Positions 9,485-19,846 of a DNA stretch of 64,000 nucleotides are shown here, one piece after another. The position numbers were made by a program, and so were the translations under genes. A model generated the notes under the pieces. That model saw nothing but the letters and a program-made list of their open reading frames with translations, did no database searches and was not told the origin of the DNA. The first letter of the stretch is position 1; the number at the start of each line of letters is the position of its first letter. The DNA is from a virus (Duplodnaviria > Caudoviricetes), in the IMG/VR virus record IMGVR_UViG_3300022752_000032, positions 39,450 through 103,449 of that record; one strand, written 5' to 3'.

Positions 9485-10474
9485 TTAATACACTATAACT
9501 ATGTCGCCGTCATCAAAACTCGCTGCGCTTGGAAGACTTGCATAAGCGTATATGTTTCTTATGCCAGCCCCTCCAGCAACTGTACCTGAAGCTGCAGAAG
9601 GCATGGTTATGTTGTAAAAAGATACCATTTCAGGAGCCTGAAATTCAATTTTCACCGCTGCATTAATAAATAAATATCCATCGTTTGACGGGCCGTCGGC
9701 GTTAATAATAGTTCCACTACCTCCAGCAAACTGATAAATCTCAAAATATGGAGAGGCTGTTGGACCCCAGGTTAAACTTGGACTGTTATACAGCAAGGTA
9801 TTTGTAAGTGTAAACTGACCGCCTAAAGCTCCAGCAGCAAGTTGAATAGTGGCTCCTGTTATGGTTCCTCCGCTGATGGTTCTTCCAGTCAAAGTTCCAG
9901 TTGTTATGTTTCCTGCATCAAGATTTGAAACTGTAATAACAGAAGCATCAATTGTTCCAGCGGTAATTTTATTTGCAGAGATACTTGCAAGGGCATTATT
10001 TCCTAAAGTAAATCCTACCCAAGTTGAAGTTGCCGAACTGTAACGATATATTTTATTATCGTCATCAGTGTCAAACCAAACATCGCCAGTAACATATGTA
10101 CCACCTGTAGGCTGTGTTGTCTGACGATAAATAGTATTTTTTCCATCTGCAGATGCTTGCGCATTGACATCTTTTATCTCTAAATAATCTCCTTCTTCTT
10201 CCGAGTAAATAGAAGCAGCATTATCATCTGGATTTATAACTAATAATCCATCTTTTGGATTGAGTACGTCATTTTCAGGATCACTGCTAACTACTGCAGT
10301 ACCAAACCCAACCTCATCCGCCGTAATACTGCTAGGGGCTATAGCAGCACCCTTAATAACTCTATTTTGAAGCCTAGTTCTTATAGGCTTTCTTTCCATA
10401 CGTCGCAGACGTCTTTGTATGTCAGATAGATTAGTTCCTAAATTTTTCTTACTGTTACGTCTTCTACTAGACAT
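9485..10474 (-). CDS. Minor tail protein
   Basis: DGKNTIY...GDVWFDTDD motif and ISANKITAGTIDA beta-helix-like repeats typical of tail proteins. Confidence 0.75.
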   Translation of the reverse strand: MSSRRRNSKKNLGTNLSDIQRRLRRMERKPIRTRLQNRVIKGAAIAPSSITADEVGFGTAVVSSDPENDVLNPKDGLLVINPDDNAASIYSEEEGDYLEIKDVNAQASADGKNTIYRQTTQPTGGTYVTGDVWFDTDDDNKIYRYSSATSTWVGFTLGNNALASISANKITAGTIDASVITVSNLDAGNITTGTLTGRTISGGTITGATIQLAAGALGGQFTLTNTLLYNSPSLTWGPTASPYFEIYQFAGGSGTIINADGPSNDGYLFINAAVKIEFQAPEMVSFYNITMPSAASGTVAGGAGIRNIYAYASLPSAASFDDGDIVIVY

Positions 10475-13121
10475 TTTTTCTATCCTCCTTCCATTCAGTT
10501 TGAAGAGTTAATGTTACTTTTTCTGGAAAAGATGGAGTTTCTGGAACACTAACTGTGTACGCAATAATTTTACGAACAATTACATCACCTCTAGGCTCTA
10601 AATCAGTTGCTAAACGCATTCTAACAAACTCATCATCAAGAATTATTGAGCACCAGTCCCCTGGGTAGTAAGACCCAACAACAGGATCTAAAGATCCATT
10701 AACCTCTATGTTAAAAGTTGCCTCTGGGGGTCTAGATTCTCCTAAAAAGTCTAAAGCATAGTTATACAAAGCCTCTTTACCAGCAGCAACAGTGTCTACA
10801 TCATTTTTTTCTTCAATTTCATCTAATAGTGGCCAGCCTTGATTTAATAAATCTTTTGAAGCAGCTGCTGCGTAAGGCTGGCTAGCAGTGCCGTCTAATC
10901 CATCAGCAGATCCGCCTACCCACATTCTAGTGGCAGAGTCTTCTGCATTTTCATTTAAAGTAAATTGAAAAATATTGCCTGGATACTCAAAAACATATTG
11001 ATCAGCGCCTAAAACACTTAACGGATGAACCACTCCTATATATCCTGTAGATGCAGTAGAGGGGACATTGTTGTTGTAAGAGTAAAAAGTAAAGGTAGTT
11101 GCGGTAGGAGCGCTAACAACAGTGACTGTTCCATCAAATGATGAGCCAACCTCTGTAATAACAATTTCATCCCCTGCAACTAACCCATGGGCAGTGCTTG
11201 TAGTTATTGTTGCAATATTAGATGTTAGTTGTTTAAATGTTACAGGTATTCTTACAGGTGGATCAATAAAGGGAACAAAAGTAAATGTTCTAGTAAAAGC
11301 ATCATTTTCAAAATCACAATCTATTCTGTACTCAAAACCTTCAAGTTCTTTAGAAAAATCTTCTAATATATCTCCAAAAGATCTTAAATCAGAGCCTCTA
11401 AATACTTTACTACTTGACCCTAAATATTTTGCACTTAATTCTTGGGTAGAGTCTATTCCTATATCAGAGTTAGAAGAGTATGAACCATAAGTACCAGCAA
11501 CTAATCTGCCTCCCCAAGAAACAGTGCCGCCAGAAACTCCTGTGGTAACATAATTTAAAGTAGAAAAAACTGTGTATTTTATAGTTTTAACATCTGGCAC
11601 CGATGCTACTACATAATTACCATCATAATCACTTCCTATATTCTCAACAATAATACTAGTGCCCGCAACTATTCCGTGATTAGTGGATGTAGTTAAGGTA
11701 ACAGTTTTATAAGAAGCCTCACCTGTATTTGCAGCGACAGCGGTAGTACCAATATCAGCACTGTCTACTGGTATTGTAAAAGTTGTGCTAGTTGGTATTG
11801 AAATAACGTTAGTAGTTCCATTTAGTACAGATTGATTTGTAAAACTTACAGTTTCAGAAGTTATAGCAGATAAAGTAGGTTTGTTTAAAGTAACAGTAGT
11901 TCCAACTATTTTTTCAACAATAGTATTAGCGCTAAGTTTCCCAGCTATAGAAACTAACATTCCTGCTACTAAGTTAGTAGCACTTGTAACCGTAAGGGTA
12001 GTAGAGGCACTAGATGCAGAGGCTGTCTTACTGTAAGAAACGCTGTTATCTAATTTTGCTATGCTCACATAATCTCCTACTGCAAGCCCATGAGCAGAAC
12101 CTGTAGTTATTGTTGCAATATTAGATGAAACTGCCTTAAATGTTATAGGTAGAGTAGTAGTAGATATGCTTTTTGAAGTTACATCATAACTTGTATACGG
12201 GGTTACAGCAGCAGTTGAAATATTTACAGAACCAGTAACGTTGTATTTAATAGTTGTGCTGGTTGGGACGGCTGTAATAGTTTGGTAGCCGTCTAGTAGA
12301 TCATCTACAGCTGCAATTTCAACTAGTTGACCTACTATTAAATCATGCGGCCTATTTAAAGTTAGAGTAACACTGTTTGAAACACAAAGTTTATTGGTAA
12401 CTGTGTACTCTTCGTCCGTGGCTGGGAAATTTATACGTCTATCGCCATAAGCCTCATCATTTAAAAAATCATTTGTAACAAAATCCTCATTTAACCAGCC
12501 TAAAATATCTCTAGCAACATCATATGAATCAACAACAGAACGAGCCTGACCTATATCAGAAGGGCTTAAAGAGAGCGTCGCAGCGGAGGCAAAAGAAAAA
12601 CTTGAAGCAGATGGGATTGCTGTTATTACATGAGTACCATTTAAAGCATTATTTAATGCATAAACCTTTACAACATCTCCTACTTCAAATTCATGCTCTG
12701 TACTAGTATAAATAGTTGCTGTACCAGATGCTGCTTGGTATTTGCTACAGTAGTAAGGCTCACTTCCATAATAAAGAGTTTGCCATACCATTCTATGATA
12801 CAAATAACTTATAAACTCTGCACCATCTACAGTTAACTCTTTATTAATGGGAGAGTAACTTCTGCTCCATATAATTCCGCCCCAGACGCAGACACCGTTT
12901 CTAAGAATATATATTGCTGTTTTTCCTGGCATAGTGTTTTCATATAAATTTAAATGAGCATTTGCTTCAACTATAGGAATTGACCCAGAAAAAGAGCCTG
13001 CTTTACTTAGAGCCCTTCCATAAGTAACATCTACAAACGGAATTTCTACCAACAAGGTGTTTGTAAGTAAATCTACAGCGTAGTATCTGTAATCAGCTGG
13101 GTTAATTTCATTAGTTGTCAT
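10467..13121 (-). CDS. Tail hub/baseplate (siphovirus Gp37-like) protein with five inserted beta domains
   Basis: YRYYAVDLLT...RNGVCVWGGIIW N-terminus and GWPLL, PGD C-terminal motifs; position after Dit-like gene. Confidence 0.75.
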   Translation of the reverse strand: MTTNEINPADYRYYAVDLLTNTLLVEIPFVDVTYGRALSKAGSFSGSIPIVEANAHLNLYENTMPGKTAIYILRNGVCVWGGIIWSRSYSPINKELTVDGAEFISYLYHRMVWQTLYYGSEPYYCSKYQAASGTATIYTSTEHEFEVGDVVKVYALNNALNGTHVITAIPSASSFSFASAATLSLSPSDIGQARSVVDSYDVARDILGWLNEDFVTNDFLNDEAYGDRRINFPATDEEYTVTNKLCVSNSVTLTLNRPHDLIVGQLVEIAAVDDLLDGYQTITAVPTSTTIKYNVTGSVNISTAAVTPYTSYDVTSKSISTTTLPITFKAVSSNIATITTGSAHGLAVGDYVSIAKLDNSVSYSKTASASSASTTLTVTSATNLVAGMLVSIAGKLSANTIVEKIVGTTVTLNKPTLSAITSETVSFTNQSVLNGTTNVISIPTSTTFTIPVDSADIGTTAVAANTGEASYKTVTLTTSTNHGIVAGTSIIVENIGSDYDGNYVVASVPDVKTIKYTVFSTLNYVTTGVSGGTVSWGGRLVAGTYGSYSSNSDIGIDSTQELSAKYLGSSSKVFRGSDLRSFGDILEDFSKELEGFEYRIDCDFENDAFTRTFTFVPFIDPPVRIPVTFKQLTSNIATITTSTAHGLVAGDEIVITEVGSSFDGTVTVVSAPTATTFTFYSYNNNVPSTASTGYIGVVHPLSVLGADQYVFEYPGNIFQFTLNENAEDSATRMWVGGSADGLDGTASQPYAAAASKDLLNQGWPLLDEIEEKNDVDTVAAGKEALYNYALDFLGESRPPEATFNIEVNGSLDPVVGSYYPGDWCSIILDDEFVRMRLATDLEPRGDVIVRKIIAYTVSVPETPSFPEKVTLTLQTEWKEDRKNV

Positions 13122-13145
13122 TTTAGTTCCTTAAGTTTTTTAAGT

Positions 13146-15287
13146 TTAAGCAAGCCATCCAGAACGATAGTCTACAGATAAAGTAGCCGTTGAATTGGCA
13201 GCATCGCCTATGTCATAAAAACTAATTGTGTTATTGCCTGGGTATAAATTAATCCATTCGTTATACACTTCTAATTTTGCTCTTGCTCCTAAATACTCTC
13301 CATTTAAAAATACAGATCTATCATATGTGTTGATTTCTAAAGTATCTGGACCATAGGCAAGGCTCCCACTACCAGCTCCATAAGCGACGTTAGAACCAGT
13401 TGCTGCATATGTAAATGTGCTAGTTGTAGGAACACTAAGTACTACAAAATCCCCGTCATACGGTGAACCAAGACCAGAAACAGTAACAACATCACCAACA
13501 ACTAATCCGTGAGTGGTAGTAGTTGAGAGGGTTACTAAATTATCAGTTAAGCCTCTGTTATTAATTGTTTTAGTAGTAGCAGCTCTTAGAGCACCTGTTA
13601 TATTAATTTGTTCCTCGGAAGTGTCATTAGATATTACCGCTGGACCAACTAGCGGACCAGTAATAGTTAAATATACGCTAACAGGGTAGTTACCTTCATT
13701 TTCTATAATCTCGGTTCCATCCGCGGCTGTAGATGTTGCTTCACACGGTATTAATACGTTTTCATAGCCGTAGATTGGGTCTTCTGTATTCCACTTGTAC
13801 TTTATAGGATCTGCTGCTCTAAGTCCGATAGAAAACTCAGTACGCCCGCGAGCATTTACTGTTTGTATTTCTGGGTCTCCGCTTAATCTTACATAAGATG
13901 CTTTAATGTAAGAGCCTTCATTTGTCTTAAGCCATCCACCTGTATAAACTAAATTTGTAGCCGCAACAAATCTATCTCTAGCAGCAGCAAGTAGAGAAGG
14001 ATCTGGGGTCAAAATGACACCTTCAAAAGTTATATCTCTTGCGTTGTATTTACCTTTAACATCGTATGAACCATCGCCCCATCCTCTAGAGACCTCAGGG
14101 ATTTCAGGAGAGGGATGTTGCCACCAGCCACCAATATCAGTGACTACCCAAATAACTCCGTATTCATCAATTGTATTAAAAGTAAAGTCATTCAGCGATA
14201 TATCTGCCTGTAACTTCATTCCCGTCAAATGAGGCTGTGGAAGTGGGGCTAAAGCAAGGTTTACCTTTGAAGTTTCATTGGCTTGATTAGAGTTAACAAA
14301 AAAGCCCTCTACTGAGTCAGACTGCTCTAATAAAACAGCATCAAGTAAAAATGTTTCGGCTTTAGTACCAGCGGTGCTTTGAATAAAAGCAAAGTTTGCA
14401 TGAGTTGAAGTGGCTGGTGCGGTGAATACTGCCGTGATTCTTTGCCAACCTGAGGAACTAGTTAAATCTCTTGCAGTATTACTACTTATTGAAACTATGC
14501 TTCCAGCAGTAGATGCGTTATACCAAATAGCTTTAATACTAAAAGAGCCTTCTTCTGCGCTGGTAGGAACTTTTACATACCCAGAAACTGCATAACTAGA
14601 TAACGCTGTAGTAGCAATTCTGTCGGTAGTAATTACTCCAGAGTTAGCCTGAGCAGACTTGGTTATTTCTAAAGAAGAAGAGCCTACAAAATAATCAGAG
14701 GTGACTCTTGCTAAAGATGTAGTGGCAATTACTGCGGTTCCAGTGTCGGCAGCGGATGTAATAGTTCCAGAGGTAGAGGTTGTGTAGGTAAAGGTAGTAT
14801 CGCTAGGAACTCCTGTAATTGTGTAAGTACCGTGTAATGGGGTGTTGCCATTAGTTCCAGCAATGGTTACAACATCTCCTACTACAAAGCCGTGAGAGGC
14901 TGAAGTAGTAATTAATGCTGTTGTAGTACTCCTTTGAGAGTTGCTAATAGTTTTTGTATTTGCAGAAGGTGCTAGCCCAAAAACAGTGGCAGTTCCTGTA
15001 TCGGCTGCTGAAGTTATGGTTCCAGAGGTTGAAGTTGTGTATCTAAATGTTGTTGAAGTTGGTACTGCTGTTATTGTATAAGTACCGTGTAAAGCAGAGT
15101 TCCCATTAGTTCCAGAAATAGTTACAGTATCGCCAACTAAAAAGCCGTGAGCAGTGCTTGTAGTTATGGTTGCAGTAGTAGAACTTCTTTGAGAGTTAGT
15201 AATTCTTTTATTTATATTTTGAGCAGCAGACCAGCCAGTAGTGTTAGTTTGATAGGTAGGGTTTGTAAATAAATTTGAGCGACTCAT
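13146..15287 (-). CDS. Distal tail (Dit-like) protein with carbohydrate-binding-like and repeated beta domains
   Basis: Follows tape measure; ARDITFEG, LRAADPIKY, NEGNYP, LYPGNNTI motifs; N-terminal NLFTNP...DAVLLE CBM-like domain. Confidence 0.75.
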   Translation of the reverse strand: MSRSNLFTNPTYQTNTTGWSAAQNINKRITNSQRSSTTATITTSTAHGFLVGDTVTISGTNGNSALHGTYTITAVPTSTTFRYTTSTSGTITSAADTGTATVFGLAPSANTKTISNSQRSTTTALITTSASHGFVVGDVVTIAGTNGNTPLHGTYTITGVPSDTTFTYTTSTSGTITSAADTGTAVIATTSLARVTSDYFVGSSSLEITKSAQANSGVITTDRIATTALSSYAVSGYVKVPTSAEEGSFSIKAIWYNASTAGSIVSISSNTARDLTSSSGWQRITAVFTAPATSTHANFAFIQSTAGTKAETFLLDAVLLEQSDSVEGFFVNSNQANETSKVNLALAPLPQPHLTGMKLQADISLNDFTFNTIDEYGVIWVVTDIGGWWQHPSPEIPEVSRGWGDGSYDVKGKYNARDITFEGVILTPDPSLLAAARDRFVAATNLVYTGGWLKTNEGSYIKASYVRLSGDPEIQTVNARGRTEFSIGLRAADPIKYKWNTEDPIYGYENVLIPCEATSTAADGTEIIENEGNYPVSVYLTITGPLVGPAVISNDTSEEQINITGALRAATTKTINNRGLTDNLVTLSTTTTHGLVVGDVVTVSGLGSPYDGDFVVLSVPTTSTFTYAATGSNVAYGAGSGSLAYGPDTLEINTYDRSVFLNGEYLGARAKLEVYNEWINLYPGNNTISFYDIGDAANSTATLSVDYRSGWLA

Positions 15288-18112
15288 TAGGCGGCTCCCT
15301 TACGAAGTTGGAAGGCAATCTGACGAGAGACAATAGAAGCAAGTTCTCTTTCATCCATGCCAGCAGAAGGATTAATTGTTATGTTTATCCCAGAACCTGC
15401 TCCGCCAGACAGCATTTGAATCATTGCTTTATCACGCTTTGACAGACCATCGGGGTCAAGTGGTTCAATACGCTCTGGTCGACCTGCTTCACCGATTGTG
15501 GCAAGAGTTCCTTCAGCGCTTGGCATTACAACTCCACCTTTTGCAAGAGGAGTAATTTTTGGGAATCCAATGGTTCCGCCGCCGAATGGCCCAATTTTAG
15601 GTAGCGTAATCTTTAAATTACCAAGACTATTATTCCAAACTGATATTAATGCATTTATTGCACCTTTAACTACTGAAATTACGATACTAAAAGCCTTGCT
15701 TACAGCACCTGCAATTCCGCTAAATGCATTTGTTAAAAGACCTACTACATTTATCAGTGAGGAAATTACACCAGCAACAGTTTTTATAGCAGTAACTAAA
15801 ACTACACTAATTATTGGAACTATAAATTTTCCTAAAAAATCACCAAGCATTTTAAATACATTCATAATTCCAGAAAGATCAAAACCATCTATAGCAGTTT
15901 TTATTGTTGTAAATGCACCTGTTAACGCACCACCAACAGCAGAAACTAGCTTTCCAATAGATTCTCTAAATATCTCGCTATTTTGATAAAGAAGAACAAA
16001 CACAGCTACAACAGCTGCGGCAATTGCAATTGGTGCAGCAAACTGCGCTGCAAGTGCTCGTAGCGCCGGGGCTAAAAATTGAACTTCCTTAACAAACTTA
16101 ATAATCGAAAATAAAGGTCCTAAAAGTACTTTTCCAAAAAATACTACCACTTTAGATATTAATCCAAAGGCTGCTAATAAAGGAAGTATTTGAGCAGATA
16201 TTCTAAGCAATGATTGACCAAATTCACTATTTAAAAAATCATTTAATTTTTTAAGAGCTCCAGATAAAGTGTCAAAAAATATTGTTATAGACCCAGAATC
16301 TGTAACTGTTTTTACAAGGGTTGAAAACTCTATTAAAAAATTACCAAAAGAAGGTAAAGAAGAGTCTAAACTTTCACCTATATCGCCGAAGATACCATTT
16401 ACTACTTTAAGTTGATCTAAGAAAATTCCTAGACCTTTATTGTCGGCTAATTTGATAAAGCCACCAATAATATCTCCTAGAAGTCCTAGAAGTTTTGTGC
16501 CGTTTACTGCTGCATCTGCAAAAAAGTCTTTTAGAGGGCGTCCATCTATTGTTTGTAAATTTTTAAATGCTAAAGATATTTTCTTAAAATAATCAAGAAA
16601 TATTTGACCACCGCTGCCAGGGCCTACATTTGCTTTTACAAGATTCTTAAATCCACCAAAAACGTTTCCAAGAATAGTGCCTAAATCTTTTAATATTCCT
16701 TTAGCAATTTTAAAACGCTCTCCAAGTTTTCCAGTTGCTTCATCAAGTTTTAAAGTTTCTTTCCATGAGCCAGTAACATTCTTTAGCCATTCACCAAAAG
16801 CATCAATTAAAGGTTTAGCAGCGTTTAAAAGAATTAAAAATCCTTCATAAAGATTGGCTATTGCACTACCAAAATTGTCTATAAATTTATTATTTGTCTT
16901 CCATATGGACTCTAGTCTTTTTATGTTTTCTGATTTTGTTATTACTTCAGATATTCTTATTGCTACTTTACCTAAAACATCTCCAGTTTCGGTAAGAAGA
17001 GGTCTTAAAGCAGGAAATAAATTTTTTACTAGGTTATCTATTGCTTTTTCTAGTTGAGGGAAAAGTTCTTGTCCAGCAGCTGCCTTTAGTTTTTTAAACT
17101 CTCCCTGTATAGAAACTAAATATCGAACAAAACTTTGGGCTTCTTTTGACAAGTTAGAGAGGGCATCGGCGTAAGCATCTGCTCCAGATCCTTGTAAAGC
17201 AGCATCTCTTGCTTCTGTTGCTTTTATTAAGTTTCTTTCAGCATCTAATTCTGCTTTTTTAGCGTTGACAACTACTTTACTTGCTTCAACTTGAGAGGCT
17301 AAATCAGGACCTGCTTTTGCATTTTCTGCTTCTGCCTTCTTTAAATCATTGTTACGATCAACCGCTCTTCTAAGATTTAAATCTGCCTCAGCAAACGCAA
17401 GTTGAGCCTCTTTACGAGCACGAGAGTTAGGTGGAAGATCTGAAACACGAGCAAGGGTCTCGCGAGCTTTTTCAAGTTCTAGTGCGGCTTTTTGTTCATT
17501 AATTGCAGCATCTTCAGAATCAAAACCTAATTGTTGTATCTGCTCAATTGCAGTTTCTCTAGCATCATTTACTCCTTTTTGAGCATCTGCCAGATCTTCA
17601 TATGCTTTTGCTAAATTTCTTTGAGCATCTATTTCTGATTTTGCAGCAGAAGCACTTTTTTTGGAGTTTTTAGTTCCTGCTTGTACTGCTTTAGCCACCC
17701 CAGAAAATGCTAATTTTAATGTCAGTGCGGCTTGACCAGCGGCTGTAAATGCTCCAGCTAAAGTAATTAATGCTGGAGTAGCAGCGGCTCCAATTATTGA
17801 AGTTAAAGAGATAAGTCCTGTACCAAGAAGACCGATAATTCCACCTAATGCTGTAAGTGCTGGCGCTAACGCATATCCCGCTCTTGTTAAAGATGAAAAT
17901 TGTTCTTTAGCAGCTATTGATTCTGTTATAAATGTTGAAGGAAATATCCCTCTTCTATTAGATCTACTAAAACCTCTTTGTATTCCATTAGATATATCTA
18001 CTCCAGCTTTTTCACCTACTGCGTCCACACCTTTGAAAGATTTTTGAATATCTCTTTCAACACTAGTAGTGATGGCGCGAACTACTACATATGCATCACC
18101 AACAATTGCCAT
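15287..18112 (-). CDS. Tape measure protein
   Basis: 941 aa, helical Ala/Gly/Leu-rich, C-terminal LAKGGVV...IGEAGRPE; follows tail chaperones. Confidence 0.9.
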   Translation of the reverse strand: MAIVGDAYVVVRAITTSVERDIQKSFKGVDAVGEKAGVDISNGIQRGFSRSNRRGIFPSTFITESIAAKEQFSSLTRAGYALAPALTALGGIIGLLGTGLISLTSIIGAAATPALITLAGAFTAAGQAALTLKLAFSGVAKAVQAGTKNSKKSASAAKSEIDAQRNLAKAYEDLADAQKGVNDARETAIEQIQQLGFDSEDAAINEQKAALELEKARETLARVSDLPPNSRARKEAQLAFAEADLNLRRAVDRNNDLKKAEAENAKAGPDLASQVEASKVVVNAKKAELDAERNLIKATEARDAALQGSGADAYADALSNLSKEAQSFVRYLVSIQGEFKKLKAAAGQELFPQLEKAIDNLVKNLFPALRPLLTETGDVLGKVAIRISEVITKSENIKRLESIWKTNNKFIDNFGSAIANLYEGFLILLNAAKPLIDAFGEWLKNVTGSWKETLKLDEATGKLGERFKIAKGILKDLGTILGNVFGGFKNLVKANVGPGSGGQIFLDYFKKISLAFKNLQTIDGRPLKDFFADAAVNGTKLLGLLGDIIGGFIKLADNKGLGIFLDQLKVVNGIFGDIGESLDSSLPSFGNFLIEFSTLVKTVTDSGSITIFFDTLSGALKKLNDFLNSEFGQSLLRISAQILPLLAAFGLISKVVVFFGKVLLGPLFSIIKFVKEVQFLAPALRALAAQFAAPIAIAAAVVAVFVLLYQNSEIFRESIGKLVSAVGGALTGAFTTIKTAIDGFDLSGIMNVFKMLGDFLGKFIVPIISVVLVTAIKTVAGVISSLINVVGLLTNAFSGIAGAVSKAFSIVISVVKGAINALISVWNNSLGNLKITLPKIGPFGGGTIGFPKITPLAKGGVVMPSAEGTLATIGEAGRPERIEPLDPDGLSKRDKAMIQMLSGGAGSGINITINPSAGMDERELASIVSRQIAFQLRKGAA

Positions 18113-18133
18113 GCGCCATCACCTCCTAATCTC

Positions 18134-18555
18134 TTAGCCCAAAGGGGCATCTAGTACTGATCCAAACGGCTTTTGCATGTCTGGATTAAAATCTGTTGGC
18201 GGAACAAACGGCTTCACTGATTGACTGCTTGGGTCAAACGGAGTGATGTCGCTGTAGTCAAAATCTCCAACAGAGTTGTCAAAACCTGCGTTTTGACTTT
18301 TTTTAGTTGTCTTATATTTATAAGTAGTTTCATAGAAATCCCTATAAATAATTTCTCTTACTTTGTCTTTGACGTCAACTTGTTCTGCACTAGCGACGGA
18401 GGTCATGTCATCTTCAAAAATTACATGGATAACATCTAGCATTTCTGCTAGTTCCATAGAAGATAGTTGTAGGCCGTTCATCAGTGCTTTCCCGTTAACA
18501 TAAGGCCAGAGATCTACTGCCCACTCTGCGAGTCCTCTAGCCCCGGTATAGGACG
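18134..18555 (-). CDS. Tail assembly chaperone, downstream (-1) frame (gpT-like)
   Basis: Open frame overlapping the end of 18514..18867 in the -1 frame, no convincing own start near the overlap; canonical position before tape measure. Confidence 0.65.
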
Positions 18556-18867
18556 GCTTGAGTACTGCTCGACCAACCAAGAAGTTATTTCACCTAATTT
18601 TTCAACAGTTACAATTTTGCTAGGATCATCTACCAGTTTTAGAAAACGATCTAAACTTTCTGGCAATAAAACCTTTGCAAAGAACTTGTCAATAAGAGCA
18701 GCTGCCATTCCGTTTGAGTCAGAACCAGCGTCTGCAACCATGTCTAAAAGAACTTTACCTTGAAGAGCCGTCTTACATTGGAAATCTTCTCCGTAAAGTT
18801 TGAAAGATAAAGGTTGCGTGTTTACATCACCACCGCTACCAAAATCCTTAAACCTACCTGTTGTCAT
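18514..18867 (-). CDS. Tail assembly chaperone (gpG-like)
   Basis: 117 aa ending ...WLVEQYSSRP, as in actinophage chaperones; synteny. Confidence 0.8.
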   Translation of the reverse strand: MTTGRFKDFGSGGDVNTQPLSFKLYGEDFQCKTALQGKVLLDMVADAGSDSNGMAAALIDKFFAKVLLPESLDRFLKLVDDPSKIVTVEKLGEITSWLVEQYSSRPIPGLEDSQSGQ

Positions 18868-18927
18868 GTTGATATTCCTCTTTTCTCATTTGTCTTTTAT
18901 TTACTATTTTTATAGTAAATATTGTTA

Positions 18928-19311
18928 CTATTTTACCAACTTTAAGTTATCTGATAGATAGCGATTTGCTTTAGTTCCAGGATGCATAACCGAAGTCGTG
19001 TAAATAATCCTTGAACCTCTAACAAATCTCAGCACTTTTGCCCTATCTGGTCGAATAACATGAGGCTTAGTTCCTTGATGGTGTAGCAAAGCGTAGTCCA
19101 GATTTGATCCAATTTTTACATACTGACCCCGAGAGTCTCGTAAATGTCTCATGTGGATTGAAGAACGAAGTGCTCCTGTTCTTACGCCAACTTGAGCCTT
19201 AGCAGCAGCGGTTATTAGACGACCTTTTTTTGCTAAGTATTTTCCTACATCACCTTCAGGAGAGTTAAGTAAAAAATCTAACTCTGCCCTGCGAAATACT
19301 ACTGTTGCCAT
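18928..19311 (-). CDS. HK97 gp10-like tail completion protein
   Basis: VRTGALRSSI, YALLHHQGT, HPGTKANRYL motifs. Confidence 0.8.
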   Translation of the reverse strand: MATVVFRRAELDFLLNSPEGDVGKYLAKKGRLITAAAKAQVGVRTGALRSSIHMRHLRDSRGQYVKIGSNLDYALLHHQGTKPHVIRPDRAKVLRFVRGSRIIYTTSVMHPGTKANRYLSDNLKLVK

Positions 19312-19312
19312 T

Positions 19313-19819
19313 TTATGGAACGGCTGCAGTCAGGGTAAGAGTTACAGTTTGAAAGCCACCCTCAGGGGCTTGAACTTCAACAGTTGCAATAACTCCGAGA
19401 CCAAAACCAGAAGACTCCCAAGTATCTAATTGAGAAGCGCTATCTAATAAAATCCATGCATCATACGCAGCAATTTCTGAAGCACTCTCTATTGTTTCAG
19501 CAGAAGGTGGTCTACCGTTCTGACCAACTACTGGCACCGCTCTTGATACGGAAACATTAATTGTTGCACTCCTTGGATCACTACATCTACGAGGCTGAGT
19601 TGCTTCATCCCCAGGGGCACCAACATACATTTGTACAAAAGAAACAACTACTTGTTCGCAATCAACTACAGGCTGTCCTAATGTGTAGTATCTACGCAGA
19701 GGGAGCGGCATACTGTAAGAAGCGTAAGAAGTAACAACTTGAGCAAGTACTGCATCTAAAAATACAGCAAGATTTTTGGCGTCACTACTAACAGTTGCCT
19801 TATTTATCGTTGTCGACAT
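19313..19819 (-). CDS. Tail terminator-like protein
   Basis: DCEQVVV and PEGG motifs; neck-gene synteny. Confidence 0.6.
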   Translation of the reverse strand: MSTTINKATVSSDAKNLAVFLDAVLAQVVTSYASYSMPLPLRRYYTLGQPVVDCEQVVVSFVQMYVGAPGDEATQPRRCSDPRSATINVSVSRAVPVVGQNGRPPSAETIESASEIAAYDAWILLDSASQLDTWESSGFGLGVIATVEVQAPEGGFQTVTLTLTAAVP

Positions 19820-19846
19820 TTGTCTCTCCTACTTGTTGTCTATATC

